From assembly GCF_032062105.1 (NCBI RefSeq), contig NW_026929448.1, positions 248,001 through 312,000 of the forward strand: 64,000 bases of DNA, written 5' to 3'. The notes under the pieces are model-generated. The model saw nothing but the letters and a program-made list of their open reading frames with translations. It was not told the origin of the DNA and searched no databases. This document shows, piece after piece, positions 13,093 through 25,028 of the stretch. Numbering within the stretch: the first letter of the stretch is position 1; every line of letters begins with the position of its first letter. Made by a program: the position numbers and the translations under genes. This DNA comes from Saccostrea cucullata (taxonomy: Eukaryota).

Positions 13093-13293
13093 TAAAAAAT
13101 GATTATCGTTTAGGATAAAAGTTTCTTAGGTCTAAAGTTTCGAAATTCAATAAGGCAGATAGGTTCTGAAAATAGGGAAAACTTAATAATTTCCTTTTTA
13201 GTACGTCAATTACATTTATCAATGCAATAAATTTTGATCTGATGTGATGGTCCTTTTGGGCCATGCATATAATAATTAAAATACATGTACTAC

Positions 13294-13818
13294 CTCTGTG
13301 TGTCCATCCCCTGTAAATGGAACCTTCCTGACAACACACTTCTTCTCCAACCTTATCATCAAACTTCTTCTCCATATTCAGCACCAGAATGAAGAATGCC
13401 CGGGGACTCAAAAAAATTTGGTGTGAGGCATAATATGAACACTGTCCTGCAAAGTCAGTCATGGTTATTTTTTTATCTGGATCTTCTGAAATATCTTCTG
13501 CACCTATCTGTAAATTTCCAGAAATTTCTGGACTATGACGAATATCTTTTCTTTCCTTCATAACATCTGCTACATTTTCCGGTGATGTGGCCCCCTGTGG
13601 TTCATGGGATGAGGTTGTTTTAATGTCGGTATCATCATGTGATATCTGTCCACTGCTTGATGCTTCAGTCGTATTGCCCTCATCATCAGGTGTTTCCATC
13701 TTTTCCTGTATTTCCTCATCATTGGCTGCATTTTCTGAATGGTATTCAGGAACACTCTGCTTCATATCTTTTTTATCAAGTCTGAGTTTGAAGTGTTGCT
13801 TTTGGCTTGAAGTATTTG
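13294..13818 (-). CDS. Roco gene exon 5: acidic low-complexity insert plus Roc G3 motif
   Basis: Acceptor ttcatttgcag|, donor G|gtagta; 525 bp, phase 1-1; ITMTDFAGQCSYYASHQIFLSPRAFFILV. Confidence 0.85.
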
Positions 13819-16244
13819 CTGCAAATGAAAATGAATGCACATGTAACACCTTCTCACTTTGTTGTTTCTGTACTTTAAGCAAACAGACTATTATACTACT
13901 TTATATAAATCTGCAACTTAAGAAATAAATTCTAGGGACAATGAGAGTATTGAACTCCCAAAATGACATCCCCAGGCAGGTTCCAATTGAGTATGATGGT
14001 GAATTCTTTGTTTTACTACTGAAAAACCAAATATCTGTCCAATCTGTCCAATCTTAACATAAAGAAGGATGTAGGAATGGCATAAATTTTATTTTATAGT
14101 AAATATTATGTAAAAGTGTTGTTTATTAAGTTGTACAGGTGGAATTGCAAATATGAGATGGGTACCACCAATATAATGGTAGTTTCTATGTTTTGCATTA
14201 GGAAACCATAAACATGTGTCCATTCAAAGAGTAAAACAGAAGGTTTAAAATTTCTCTATATAACAAAGATTCTGTGAAAGTCTCAATAATTTGATTAAGT
14301 AGTAACAATCTTTATTCAGTGGTTAAGCGGTAATGAGGAGTTGCAGATAAGAGATAGATACCCCAAAACGTAATAGACGGACAGATGGAAGGATGGATAG
14401 GAGGACACCTTCATCGATATTACACACCCTACTTTCCATGAAGACAAGTAGGGGGATATGGTGCTTCCACATACAATTTTAATCCTACGTATAGATCTAA
14501 TTATAACACAGGGTATCTAACTCCGAATTACACTCAGTACCCCCTCCTCGGAAATGCATTCATTTACACTTTCAGAGGAAATGCACTAACAAACTGTTTA
14601 TTACCTCTGTCTTCTACGATAATTTATCTACACAATCAAATATGGCATGCATGTGTTTGTTTTCTTTTATCTCCGTAAACTGCAGCGTCTAAACCCTGCT
14701 CACCGATGGAAAGTCGACTTCATTTATGAAACAGTATGTGCTAATCTCGGACAAAGAGCAAAATTTAAAAAATGAGTGAGTTAAAAAAATCAATTCCATA
14801 TTTTAAAAATTGCATATTAATATTGAATAAATAAAATTTGCTAAAGTCTTATTTTCCATAAAAACACTATGAAGTTTTTCCCATGTAATTTTAGATACAG
14901 ATCAATCAAATTCGGGCTCAAATTATTTGCCCTGTTTAAATCAAAAGTTCATAATAATCAATAAGAAATCATTATATTTAACATTGCAAATGCACCAATT
15001 ACAGAAAAAGTTTAATCTTTGCTTTTAAAAAGAACATTTGAAAAATATATACTCAGTATACTGGTTGATCACAAACCAATGAAACATAAACGAATACATT
15101 TTTTGAGCGGCATTGACCTTTTGTAAATAACCACACGCACGTAGGATATGACCCTCTCCCTCCATTCCATTCCCCCCCCTTGAAAAGTGGGGGATATTAA
15201 TTTGGGTTTGTCTGTCCGTCCGTCCGTCCTTCTGTCTATCTGTAACACTTTCGTTTCCACACGATATCTCGAGAACCCTTTAAGCTTTCTCAATGAAATT
15301 TTTCATAGCAACTCCCTGTGGACTAAAGTAGAACCTTGATTTTGAGGTCAAAAGGTCAAAGGTCAAGGTCATAAATTCGCAAATTCTGTCTGTAATAACA
15401 ACGTTTCCGCACGATATCTCAAGAACCCTTTGAGCTTTTGCAATGACATTTTACATATTAACTCCCTGTGGCCTAGGGAAGAGCGCTTTTGATTTTGAAG
15501 TCAAAAGATCAGAATTCAAGGTCATACATTTACACATTCTGTCTGTGTGTTTACACTATCCTTTCCGGGCGATATTTCAAGAAGATTTTGAGCTTTTGCA
15601 ATGTAATTTTATACCAAAACTCCCTAGGACCTCTCTCACCCCTCTCAAAGTGTCCCGCCCCGTTTGTTTTATTAGTATTTATTTATTATATGTCCCTATT
15701 TTTAGCACAGGGGCATGAGGAGAGTTATTACGAATAAAACAGGTTCTTGGCAGACTTTATATTCTTTCTACATCCATTAGAACTGTTTAATAATGGTTAT
15801 ATAGACATCATGCATTGTGTAAAATTTTTACAATATTGAACGTGAATATAATTATACATGTATGTGTGACTTCATTTTTGCATATAATTTTCAAGCGGAT
15901 CCGAGATGTAGTGGTATGTCTCTCGCTTCACATGTGAGAGGTACCGGGATCTAATCGAGGGCAATCCATCTTCTCTTTTTTTCGAAATACTTTTTTTTAC
16001 AAAATGATAGTATTCAGCATGTGAGTTGAAAAATTTTTGAGGCCTGGCTTGCACAAACTCATAAAATCATCATTACGGTGTGATCAATATTCCATATAAA
16101 AAGAATCTTCTATACACATAATAAAGAATAAACAATTAAATTTTTATATCCGTACTGGCATATTTAATTTTCTTCTGTATACATTGAATAATTCTACAAA
16201 TTCAGTCAGGGGGATCCGACCCTCCCCCTGAACTGCACATGGTT

Positions 16245-16619
16245 CAGGGGCATAGCAACGGGGGGGTGGGGGGTGGGGGGGGGGGTGGTGCCCCCCACTT
16301 TTTCCACCAACCTTACTTATACTATAGGAAAAGTTAATTGAAAGCTTGGTTGCCCCCCCACCCCCCACACACTTTTAGTGATGTACCGAAAATGTAGTAT
16401 GAGAATTGGTAGTGAATGTAGTTGACACTGAGAAATAGTTTACCTCAACCCCCCCCCCCCCCCCCCCCCCCCAACCACCACCACCACCACCACGAAAAAG
16501 GGTTTTCAACTTTGGGCAATTTCTTTTTTTATGTTTTTTTTTTTTTTTAACTTTTTCAGGTAAGTAAAAAAAAAATTTTCTCTGGCTGCCCACCTTTCAA
16601 AAACGATGCTACGCACCTG
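16245..16619. mobile_element. CAGG-terminated MITE with poly-G/C tracts
   Basis: TIR caggggcatagca / tgctacgcacctg, flanked by TGGTT on both sides. Related copies at 21207-21452 and 35791-36034. Confidence 0.55.
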
Positions 16620-16907
16620 TGGTTCACTTTTTCCCTAAGCGGGGGACAAAAATTCTCTGAATTAGCTTGTTCTAGCTAAAGCCGGGGATTAGTAAACTTT
16701 TTCCGATTTTTGTATTTTTACTGAACTCTACCCTATATGCGGTTGATTTAATCGAAATATTTACTAATCGAAGGCACATAAAAAATTAAATAAAAATCTG
16801 AAAAGAAAGAAGAATGTCTTTATAATTTTTTGATATCTGCATATTATATGTTTTCCGACGCTTTAGATTATGATAAAGTGACGATTAAGTGAGGCAGACG
16901 ACGAGAA

Positions 16908-16908
<1 letters not shown>

Positions 16909-16945
<37 letters not shown>

Positions 16946-17517
16946 GCTTTGACCATTCTGTTCTTTACCAGATTTCCCCCATCTTATACATAATGCATCC
17001 CCACCCTACCGCACTGATCATAATTTAGACATTTTGAAATCTACACTACCCCATGATCCTTCCATGGGCACATATGTTTCAGCTTTTTTGGCCCAGTGGT
17101 TCCCGAGAAGAAGATTTTCAAAGATTTTTCCTATATATTTCTATGTAAAACTTTGATTCCCCATTGTGGCCCTACACTACCCCAGGATGCTTCCACATAA
17201 GTTTCAGCTTTACTGGCCCAGTGGTTCTTGAGAAGAAGATTTTTTAATGACCCAATCCTATTTTTGTCTTTTCTTGATTATCTCCCCTTGCGAGGGGATA
17301 TGTCCCTTCATTTTAACAATTTAAATTCCCCTTTACCCAAGGATGCTTTGTACCAAGTTTGGTTAAAATTGGCCCAGTTGTTCTTGAGAAGAAGTCGAAA
17401 ATGTGAAAAGTTTACAGACGGACAGACAGACGGACAGCTAGACGGACGGACGGACGGACGACGGACAAAATGTGATCAGAAAAGCTCACTTGAGCCATCG
17501 GCTCAGGTGAGCTAAAA
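16909..17517 (-). mobile_element. Short HINE, near-identical to 8344-9825 but lacking most of the tandem array
   Basis: Same termini, unique segment and microsatellite; only about one monomer. Confidence 0.8.
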
Positions 17518-18290
17518 ACAAATTGCAAGCCATCTTTTTTTTATATATCAGTCGAAAAAGAAATACATGTTTTTAAAGACAGCGCAAAGAGATAAAAGGT
17601 TAACATTATTAGTAACATGCAATGCGTATTTAAATTCCAAAATAGGAACACCCCCAGAAAAACGGAAAAGTATCATGGTGTGATTTTTGATAAAAAAAAA
17701 ATATTAATAGTTACATTTAGCAGACTTTGTCATATACATTTAATTACTAGTAACTATAATAACTTTTAATTACAGGTCACCATGACCTACTTTTTGGTCA
17801 TCACTCTCCGAAAACCCAAGACGCATCAACTCACAAAATTTGATGATTCTAAGCCAATAAATACCTAAGATACTAAGATATAGCCATAAAAAGTTAAAAG
17901 TAAGTCACAGTGACCTATTTTTTGGACATCATTGTCCGAAACCCAAGATGCATCAACTTACAAAGTTTGATGATTCTAAGCCAATAAGGACCATACTTAA
18001 ATAAAGCCATAAAATTTCAAAAGTAGGTCACCGTGACCTACTTTTTGTTTGTTACTCTCTGAAAACCCAAGATGCATCAACTCAAAAAGTTTGTGATTCT
18101 AAGCCAATAAATACCTAAGATAGTAAAATATAGCCATAAAATGTTGAAACTAGGTCATTGTGACCTATATTTTTGTCGACATTTTTCATAGTCACAAGAT
18201 GCATCTGCTGACCAAGTTTGATGATCCTAGGTCTGAAGGTAATCAAAATATGCCTTTTAAACAATTCGAAAACAAATGCCTGCAAAATTC

Positions 18291-18898
18291 AACAAGAGGC
18301 CCAGGGGACACATCGCTCACCTGAGCAATTTGCTAGGAAAAAGCACATATCAGATCCGAACTTTCCGAACTGAGTTTGGGGGGGGGGGGCTTGAATTTTA
18401 ACCTCATAGGGGGTCATGGTTTGAACAAACATGAATCTACACTACCTGAGGATGATTCCATATAAATATCACTAAGCATGGATTTGAAGTTCTTGAAAAA
18501 AAGATTTTAATAGGTTTCCCTATATATTCCTAAGTAAAACTTTGATCGGCCATTTTGGCCCCACCCTACCCCCGGGGGTCATGATTTGAACAAACTTGAA
18601 TCTACACTACCTGGTGATGATTCCACATGAGTTTCACCTTTCCTGGCCCAGTGGTTCTTGAGAAGAAGATTTTTAAAGATTTTTTCTATATATTCCTATG
18701 TTAAACTTTGTGATCGGCCATTTTGGCCCCACCCTACCCCCGGGGGTCATAATTTGAACAAACTTGAATCTACACTACCTGGTGATGATTCCACATGAGT
18801 TTCATCTTTCCTGGCCCACTGGTTCTGGAGAAGAAGATTTTTTAAAAATGCCATTAATTTTTCTCTAATTCATAATTATCTCCCCTTGGAAAAGGGCA

Positions 18899-18935
<37 letters not shown>

Positions 18936-18951
18936 TAAGGATACTTTGTGG

Positions 18952-18985
<34 letters not shown>

Positions 18986-19049
18986 GAAGAATATGAAAAT
19001 GTGAAAAGTTTAACAACAACGACTACAATGACAACGACAGACAACGGAC

Positions 19050-19081
<32 letters not shown>

Positions 19082-19100
19082 TGGCTCAGGTGAGCTAAAA
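18291..19100 (-). mobile_element. HINE nested in the ~140-bp array
   Basis: aacaagaggcccaggggacacatcgctcacctgag ... gagcctttggctcaggtgagctaaaa; the host unit resumes on both sides. Confidence 0.75.
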
Positions 19101-20229
19101 AGTAGGTCACAGTGACCTACTTTTTCATTAATATGTTTTAAGGTCCCAAGATGCATCAATTAACAAGATTTGATGATTTTAAACCTCTCAGTGTCTGAAA
19201 TAATTGGATTAATTGTTTTAAGAAGAATTAGTCATAAAGTTCAAAAAGTAGGTAACAGTGACCTACTTTTAAGCTGACGTTGTTAAGGACCCAAGATGCA
19301 TCAACTGACAAATTTTGATGATCATAGGCATTAAAGTGCCCGAAATATGCCTTCAAATCAATTTGAAAACAAATGCCTACAAAATTTAAAAAGCAGGTCA
19401 CCGTGACCTACTTTTGCGTTAACATGATGTGAAGTTGTAAGATGCATCAACTTACAAGATTTGATGATCCTAGTCCTAATAGTAGGCAAAATATAAACGT
19501 TTTTATTATTTGTAAATTTAGGTCAATTTAAAGTGACCTTGAGACCACGCTCTTTGCCCGAGGGTCATGCCTTAAAGAATTTTTAATCTTCAACATATCC
19601 TGATCCTTGTATGTAAGTTTGGTGAAAATCTGCCTGGTGGTTCTGGAGAAGAAGATTTTTAAGCAACCAGTACTTTTTGTTTTGTTTTCTTGATTATCTC
19701 CCTTTGTTTAGGAGTCCCAACCCTTATTTTAGTATAAAAGGTAGCCCTTGGGCCCAGGATACCCTGTGACAAATTTGACACTGATTGGCCAAGGGGTTCT
19801 TGAGTTATGGCCCATATTCTAAAAAGTTAATGCACACCGCAACTTGCACAAATGGCCATAGCAATAGCTCTTTGAGCCTCAATCTTCGCCAAATCTTTTT
19901 TTCAGCACATGCCCTTCGGGCAGGTGTGATCACCAATTACGCAAGCCCGAACAAATAATTACATGCCCAGAATTTTATCAAGTTATTTTATTCTTATTTG
20001 CCTTTCCATGCAAAGGAAATAATCTGAAAATCCAATCTGTCAATTTCTTGTCTCGCCATTTGTTTTCAACCTGTACACTTTTTGTGTCTCTTTTGCGGAA
20101 GAGTTCCTTGGAAATCGCGGTAAAATAAGATGTCGGTAAAATTTTATTTTTTTTTTACTTCACTTAGATTGAAAATCAGAGACTTTAAAGTACATTTTAT
20201 GTTTTGAGTCTTATTTAATTCAATTATAC

Positions 20230-22656
20230 CACAGGTACTTGTGGACAGGACCCCCCCCCCCCCCCCTTAAACACCCCTGGTGTTTAAAAATATTTTTTTT
20301 CTTTTTTTGTCATGAATTATGTTTCTAGTACTTATTTACAACGTATTCCATATGAAAAATCCAAAAAATAACATAGATTTGACGATTTACTAAAAAAGTC
20401 ATACCCTGGTATTATAAAATAGAGAAGGTAAGTCACTTCGGGTTGTTAATTCGGACCCCTCTTGATTATCGGGCCTAAAATATCATATACCTACTACATG
20501 TCACCAAAATGGGTCATGATATCTTGTTTCGGTAGAGATTTTTGTCGTTAATCGTGCCATTTAATTGCCCAGACATTCCCCAGTTATCCGAGTATTCAGC
20601 ATCAAACGTGAAAAATTTGGAAATGTCAAAGCAGAAATTACGGAAGTGATCCAAAAACGACACCTAGCGGGTAACTTTCGAGTTCCGAGTGTCATAGAAT
20701 GAAGGGAAAAGCCAGAGAACTACGAAAAAGTTCGGGAAAATTTTGATAAAAGTCGAAATCGATTCATTAGAATTTAGATTTTGCTGCAGATTTTCGAGAT
20801 GAATTAGGGTCGTCTTCAATATTCTTTTTACTAAAGACGATTTGTTACTGATACAATATAGTGTTTTAAAAATCGCATAGAGACATTAAATGACATGTAA
20901 CCCCCCTTTTCTACGTGGATATGTTTAGGCAAACTCAACTTTAATTTTCTAGTGACTGTGTCTGCGTAAAGGTTGATTTCTGTTAATGCGTTAGTTTAAA
21001 TAGATAAATACGACCAGAAATGTGCTTATTCAAAACAGCACAAAAATCATTATTCGCTATATTATTTATTATATGGGAAGGAGTGTGTGCACGTCATTAC
21101 AGGTTAGAATTATTTTGATTATACTATAAATGTAGAGAAAGGCGTCTATCCCATATATCCCAGAATACATCCCATCCAATATTCAGTAGTCAAAATCAAG
21201 TACATGCAGGCACGTAGCATCGTTTTTTGAAAGTGGGGGGGGGGGGGCAACCAGAGAAAAATGTTTTTTTACTTGCCTGTAAAAGTTGACAAGCAAAAAA
21301 AGGAAATTTGCCCAAACTCGAAAATCCTATTTTGGGGGGGGGGGGGGGGGGGGGTAGTGGCCAACCTTTTCCAAGGCCAACTCCCTTTTACTTCCAATTT
21401 TTTTGCATACAATACCACATTTTCTTCCTGGCCCCCTATTGCTACATCCCTGAGTACATGTACAACAAGTGACAATATTAAACGATGGCTGTTAGATAAG
21501 ACATACCGAAAGTAGTTTTAAGTCTATGAATTTATACCTAGACAGGCTCGTAGGAAGCAATTTCAGACTGGGGGATGGGGAACAGCCAAACATTTTTAGT
21601 TAGGGCACTATGCTATCAACTTAAAATTCCGCAACAAGCAAAAAGAAATGTCACTGGTTTTTATTGAGGGGCACGAGCATATAGTACCCGTACAGCATAT
21701 TATATAATACATTTATAAAAATATTATTCCTACGGCCATGTTAGATAAATAAAAAGAAGTTAAGCTTCTTTAACAAAGCAGCTAGATATACACAGCCAAG
21801 ACCAGAAACAAACTCCGAGGCTGTAGTAAGGACAATAAACGAGAGAATGTGATCTAATGAAAAGTTCCGATTTTCATTTATTTTTAAGAAACGATTCATA
21901 AATGCTTAAATTCTATGGCAAGTGAGAATCATTGTATAAGATAATTAATTTCATGATATCGGAATTATTGTAGATTGGGGCGGCGATGGGGGTGGGGGTT
22001 ACATGTATTTTAATGTCTATTGCGATTTTTAATACGCTATATGGTATCAGTGATAAATCCTCTAAAAAGAATATTGAAGACGACCCTAATTCATCTCGAA
22101 AATCTGCAGCAAAAATTTAAATTCTAATGAATCAATTTCAACTTTTATCAAAATTTTCCCGAACTTTTTCGTAGTCCTCTGGCTTTTCCCTTCATTCTAT
22201 GACACTCGGAACTCGAAAGTTACCCGCTAGGTGTCGTTTTTGGATCACTTCCGTAATTTCTGCTTTGACATTTGTAAATTTTTCACGTTTGACGCTGAAT
22301 ACTCGGATAACTGGGGAATGTCTGGGCAATTAAATGGCACGATTAACGACAAAAATCTCTACCGAAACAAGATATCATGACCCATTTTGGTGACATGTAG
22401 TAGGTATATGATATTTTAGGCCCGATAATCAAGAGGGGTCCGAATTGACAACCCGAAGTGACTTACCTTCTCTATTTTATAATACCAGGGTATGACTTTT
22501 TTAGTAAATCGTTAAATCTATGTTATTTTTTGGATTTTTCATATGGAATACGTTGTAAATAAGTACTAGAAACATAATTCATGACAAAAAAAGAAAAAAA
22601 AATATTTTGACCAGGGGTGTATAATGGGGGGGGGGTCCTGTCCACAGGTACCTGTG
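20230..22656. mobile_element. Foldback-type DNA element with ~600-bp TIRs and 8-bp TSD
   Basis: About 20230-20850 is the near-exact reverse complement of about 22045-22656; termini CACAGG...CCTGTG; AATTATAC at 20222-20229 and 22657-22664. Confidence 0.85.
21207..21452. mobile_element. hAT-like MITE
   Basis: TIR caggcacgtagca / tgctacatccctg; 8-bp TSD AGTACATG (21199-21206, 21453-21460). Confidence 0.75.
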
Positions 22657-22900
22657 AATTATACCGAGGCTTATGCCTTAGAATTAACATGCCCTTCGGG
22701 CTTGTAAGTGTACAATTTCCACATGCCTGCTTCCAATTTTACCAGGTCCCGGGCATCGGACTCCCGGGATTTGTCGAAGACTGGAGCCTTTGGCTCAGAA
22801 GAGCTAAAAATTACAAACGGACGGACAGCTAGACGGGCAATGGACAAAATGTGATCAGAAAAGCTTACTTGAGCCATCAGTTCAGGTGAGCTAAAAATAC

Positions 22901-23149
22901 CTTGGATGCTTTCTGTCACATCAAAGACATCTGAGTGGATATTGACTCCTCTAGTTGACGTAATAGTTTCCTTTATTTCTTCCAGGTCAATGTCCTTCAA
23001 TCTCTCTAACAATGTTGTTTTACCACTTCCGGCACACCCTATTATCATCCCAGAGGCATGGTACATGGTTGTCTTCCCTTTTTTTAAATTCTCAATGAAA
23101 TTCGTCACAGATTTGTCTCCCCTTAGGATAATCTGCATTGGTATTCCAA
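22901..23149 (-). CDS. Roco gene exon 4: Roc P-loop and switch I
   Basis: Acceptor tcattacag|, donor G|gtattt; 249 bp, phase 1-1; GMIIGCAGSGKTTLLERL...STRGVNI. Confidence 0.87.
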
Positions 23150-23660
23150 CTGTAATGACAAAACTCTAACATTACAAAGCTGTGACAGAGTTAAACTCAT
23201 GATGACAAACAATCATGGCTAGAAGCCTCTGATGAGGCTGTACTCTACTGGTTTGTACTTATAACGAAGCTAAAGAAGAGTAGCACTTGGACTTGAAACT
23301 TTGCAACGGCAATGAACAGAGTAATGGTCTTTGGTTTAGTCTTTTTTGTAGCAAGATTTATTGCAATCAGATTAATGCAATCAGATGAATGTAGGAAGAG
23401 TAATGAAACCTTTTAAAAGATTTTAAAGATATTTTGATTTAAAGTAACCATGGCAACTTCATTCAATAATATCCAAAAAAAAATTGTTAAATCAATTATG
23501 TATCTCAGTGTAATCTATTTGCATGTCAAGTTACACAAAAACTAAAGCAAAACTATAGGACAAGCATTTTGAATGCATTTCACAGAAATTTGTATTTTTA
23601 GTAACCACAGCGTAAACCTTATCTAATTAAATAATTCAGGTGAGATAAAAATAGATTTAC

Positions 23661-24119
23661 ATTTTATAAATACAGCTTCATGGAATGACTGGTCCTCCAT
23701 TGTTGGGTGCGTGAAAATATCTTGTCCAAGTCTTTCTAAAAACTCCTCATTTTTTTCTGGCATTAACCAACAGCAAACTTCATCCTCTCCTCTCTGATAA
23801 TTCCATGATCTACAGTACTCAGCAATGTTTTCTTTTTCTGCCCAACTCAAGAAAATATCAGTAAAGTTTAACTCAAAACTCTTTGAAAATTTCATGAAAC
23901 TTAAGCTTTTGAAGAGCTCAGTGGAAAAAGTTATCTCTGATTCATTGAGTTTCAGAATTGGTTTGTATTGTTCCAAATCTGTACGAACAAATGGCTTTGT
24001 GATTTTCTTGGAGTGAAAACTTTTTGCAATAGCATTATATTTGGTCATCCAGTTTCCTTCTTTCATGTTTATTTTGTAGGAATTGGAAAGAAGAATGCAC
24101 ATCAATAGTGTATCTCCAT
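23661..24119 (-). CDS. Roco gene exon 3: unassigned globular domain
   Basis: Acceptor ttattttgtag|, donor T|gtaaat; 459 bp open, phase 1-1; joins exons 2 and 4 in frame. Confidence 0.75.
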
Positions 24120-24857
24120 CTACAAAATAAAGAAATATATACATTTATATACAAGCTCGGAAAACACCCTGAATGTATTAACATCACCGACTATTATAAT
24201 TGTTATACAGAATGGAGTAATTTTCCCATAAATTTTTATCAGCATTATACCAATAACAGGTCTCCTTACATTGTTTCAAATGTTTCTGAAAGGGCATGTT
24301 TGTGTGTCAGGGACATCCAGATAACACCGTAAAGCCTATGCACATGTATAAAAATTCCTTCAGATGTAAAATTGTGTAATTAGTAATGCTCTTCATCACA
24401 TTAAATGTAAATTATGGTTAATACACTTCATTCAAGAATTTGATTGAGGTGATTCGTGGCCTTGAACTTGCTAAAGTGACCTTGCGTAAAGGTCGACACA
24501 CCTCATCAATGTACCCAGTATATGCTAGCTTTCAGTTTCGTGTATTCCGATTATGTAGTTTTGGGCTTGACATGACAGACAAACAAATCGACAACTTGAC
24601 AGATAAAAAGACAAGATGATTTTATATACCTCCCAATATTTGGATAAAGACAAACCTACAGACAACAAGACATCCAATTAAATGGATAGTGTACAAACTT
24701 AGGACAGAAGATTATCCCTTGTGTGTTTGGATCGGGTAAATAAAGGCCATTGTTATAAATAATTTATTGATAATTTAAACAGAATTGGATCAAATATTTA
24801 AAATATATTCCATTTACTACATACATAAAATGTTTAAGAAACTAATTAAACTCTTAC

Positions 24858-25028
24858 CCTCCATCCTGTGAATGTTGTCAAACAATGTCTTTATCTTTCT
24901 AAGTTCATGTCTGCTGTGATCCTCAGAGCTGGTACACTCCACACACAAGGGAACACCACACGGGGTACAGAACTGGTCCAGGGGAATTCTGGGATGTTTT
25001 CTACATTTGATGTCCTCCAGAGGGACTC
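24858..25028 (-). CDS. Roco gene exon 2: B-box type 2 zinc finger (absent from the ORF track)
   Basis: 171-bp phase 1-1 exon (tttttaacag| ... |gtaaga) translating CRKHPRIPLDQFCTPCGVPLCVECTSSEDHSRH. Confidence 0.85.

Larger units (their letters stand above)
19880..22783. mobile_element. Non-autonomous TIR element with 6-bp TSD (hAT6-like by TSD length)
   Basis: 16-bp TIR caatcttcgccaaatc / gatttgtcgaagactg (2 mismatches); GAGCCT at 19874-19879 and 22784-22789. Confidence 0.7.
17770..22810 (-). mobile_element. Interrupted HINE-like element with ~140-bp tandem units, hosting nested insertions
   Basis: Repeated aagtaggtcacagtgacctac...aagatgcatcaact units (17770-19460). Its terminal hairpin gcaatagctctttgagcct...ttggctcagaagagctaaaa is split by the 19880-22783 insertion. 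Left boundary approximate. Confidence 0.55.

Noticed and set aside
15895-15975. tRNA-like sequence (tgtagtggt...tcgcttcacatgtgagaggt)
   Set aside because: The T-arm/B-box and acceptor stem are broken; at most a decayed tRNA-derived repeat.
20230-22656. RAG/Transib-like transposon suggested by CACAG termini
   Set aside because: The TSD is 8 bp rather than 5, with no RSS-like nonamer or RAG-like ORF.
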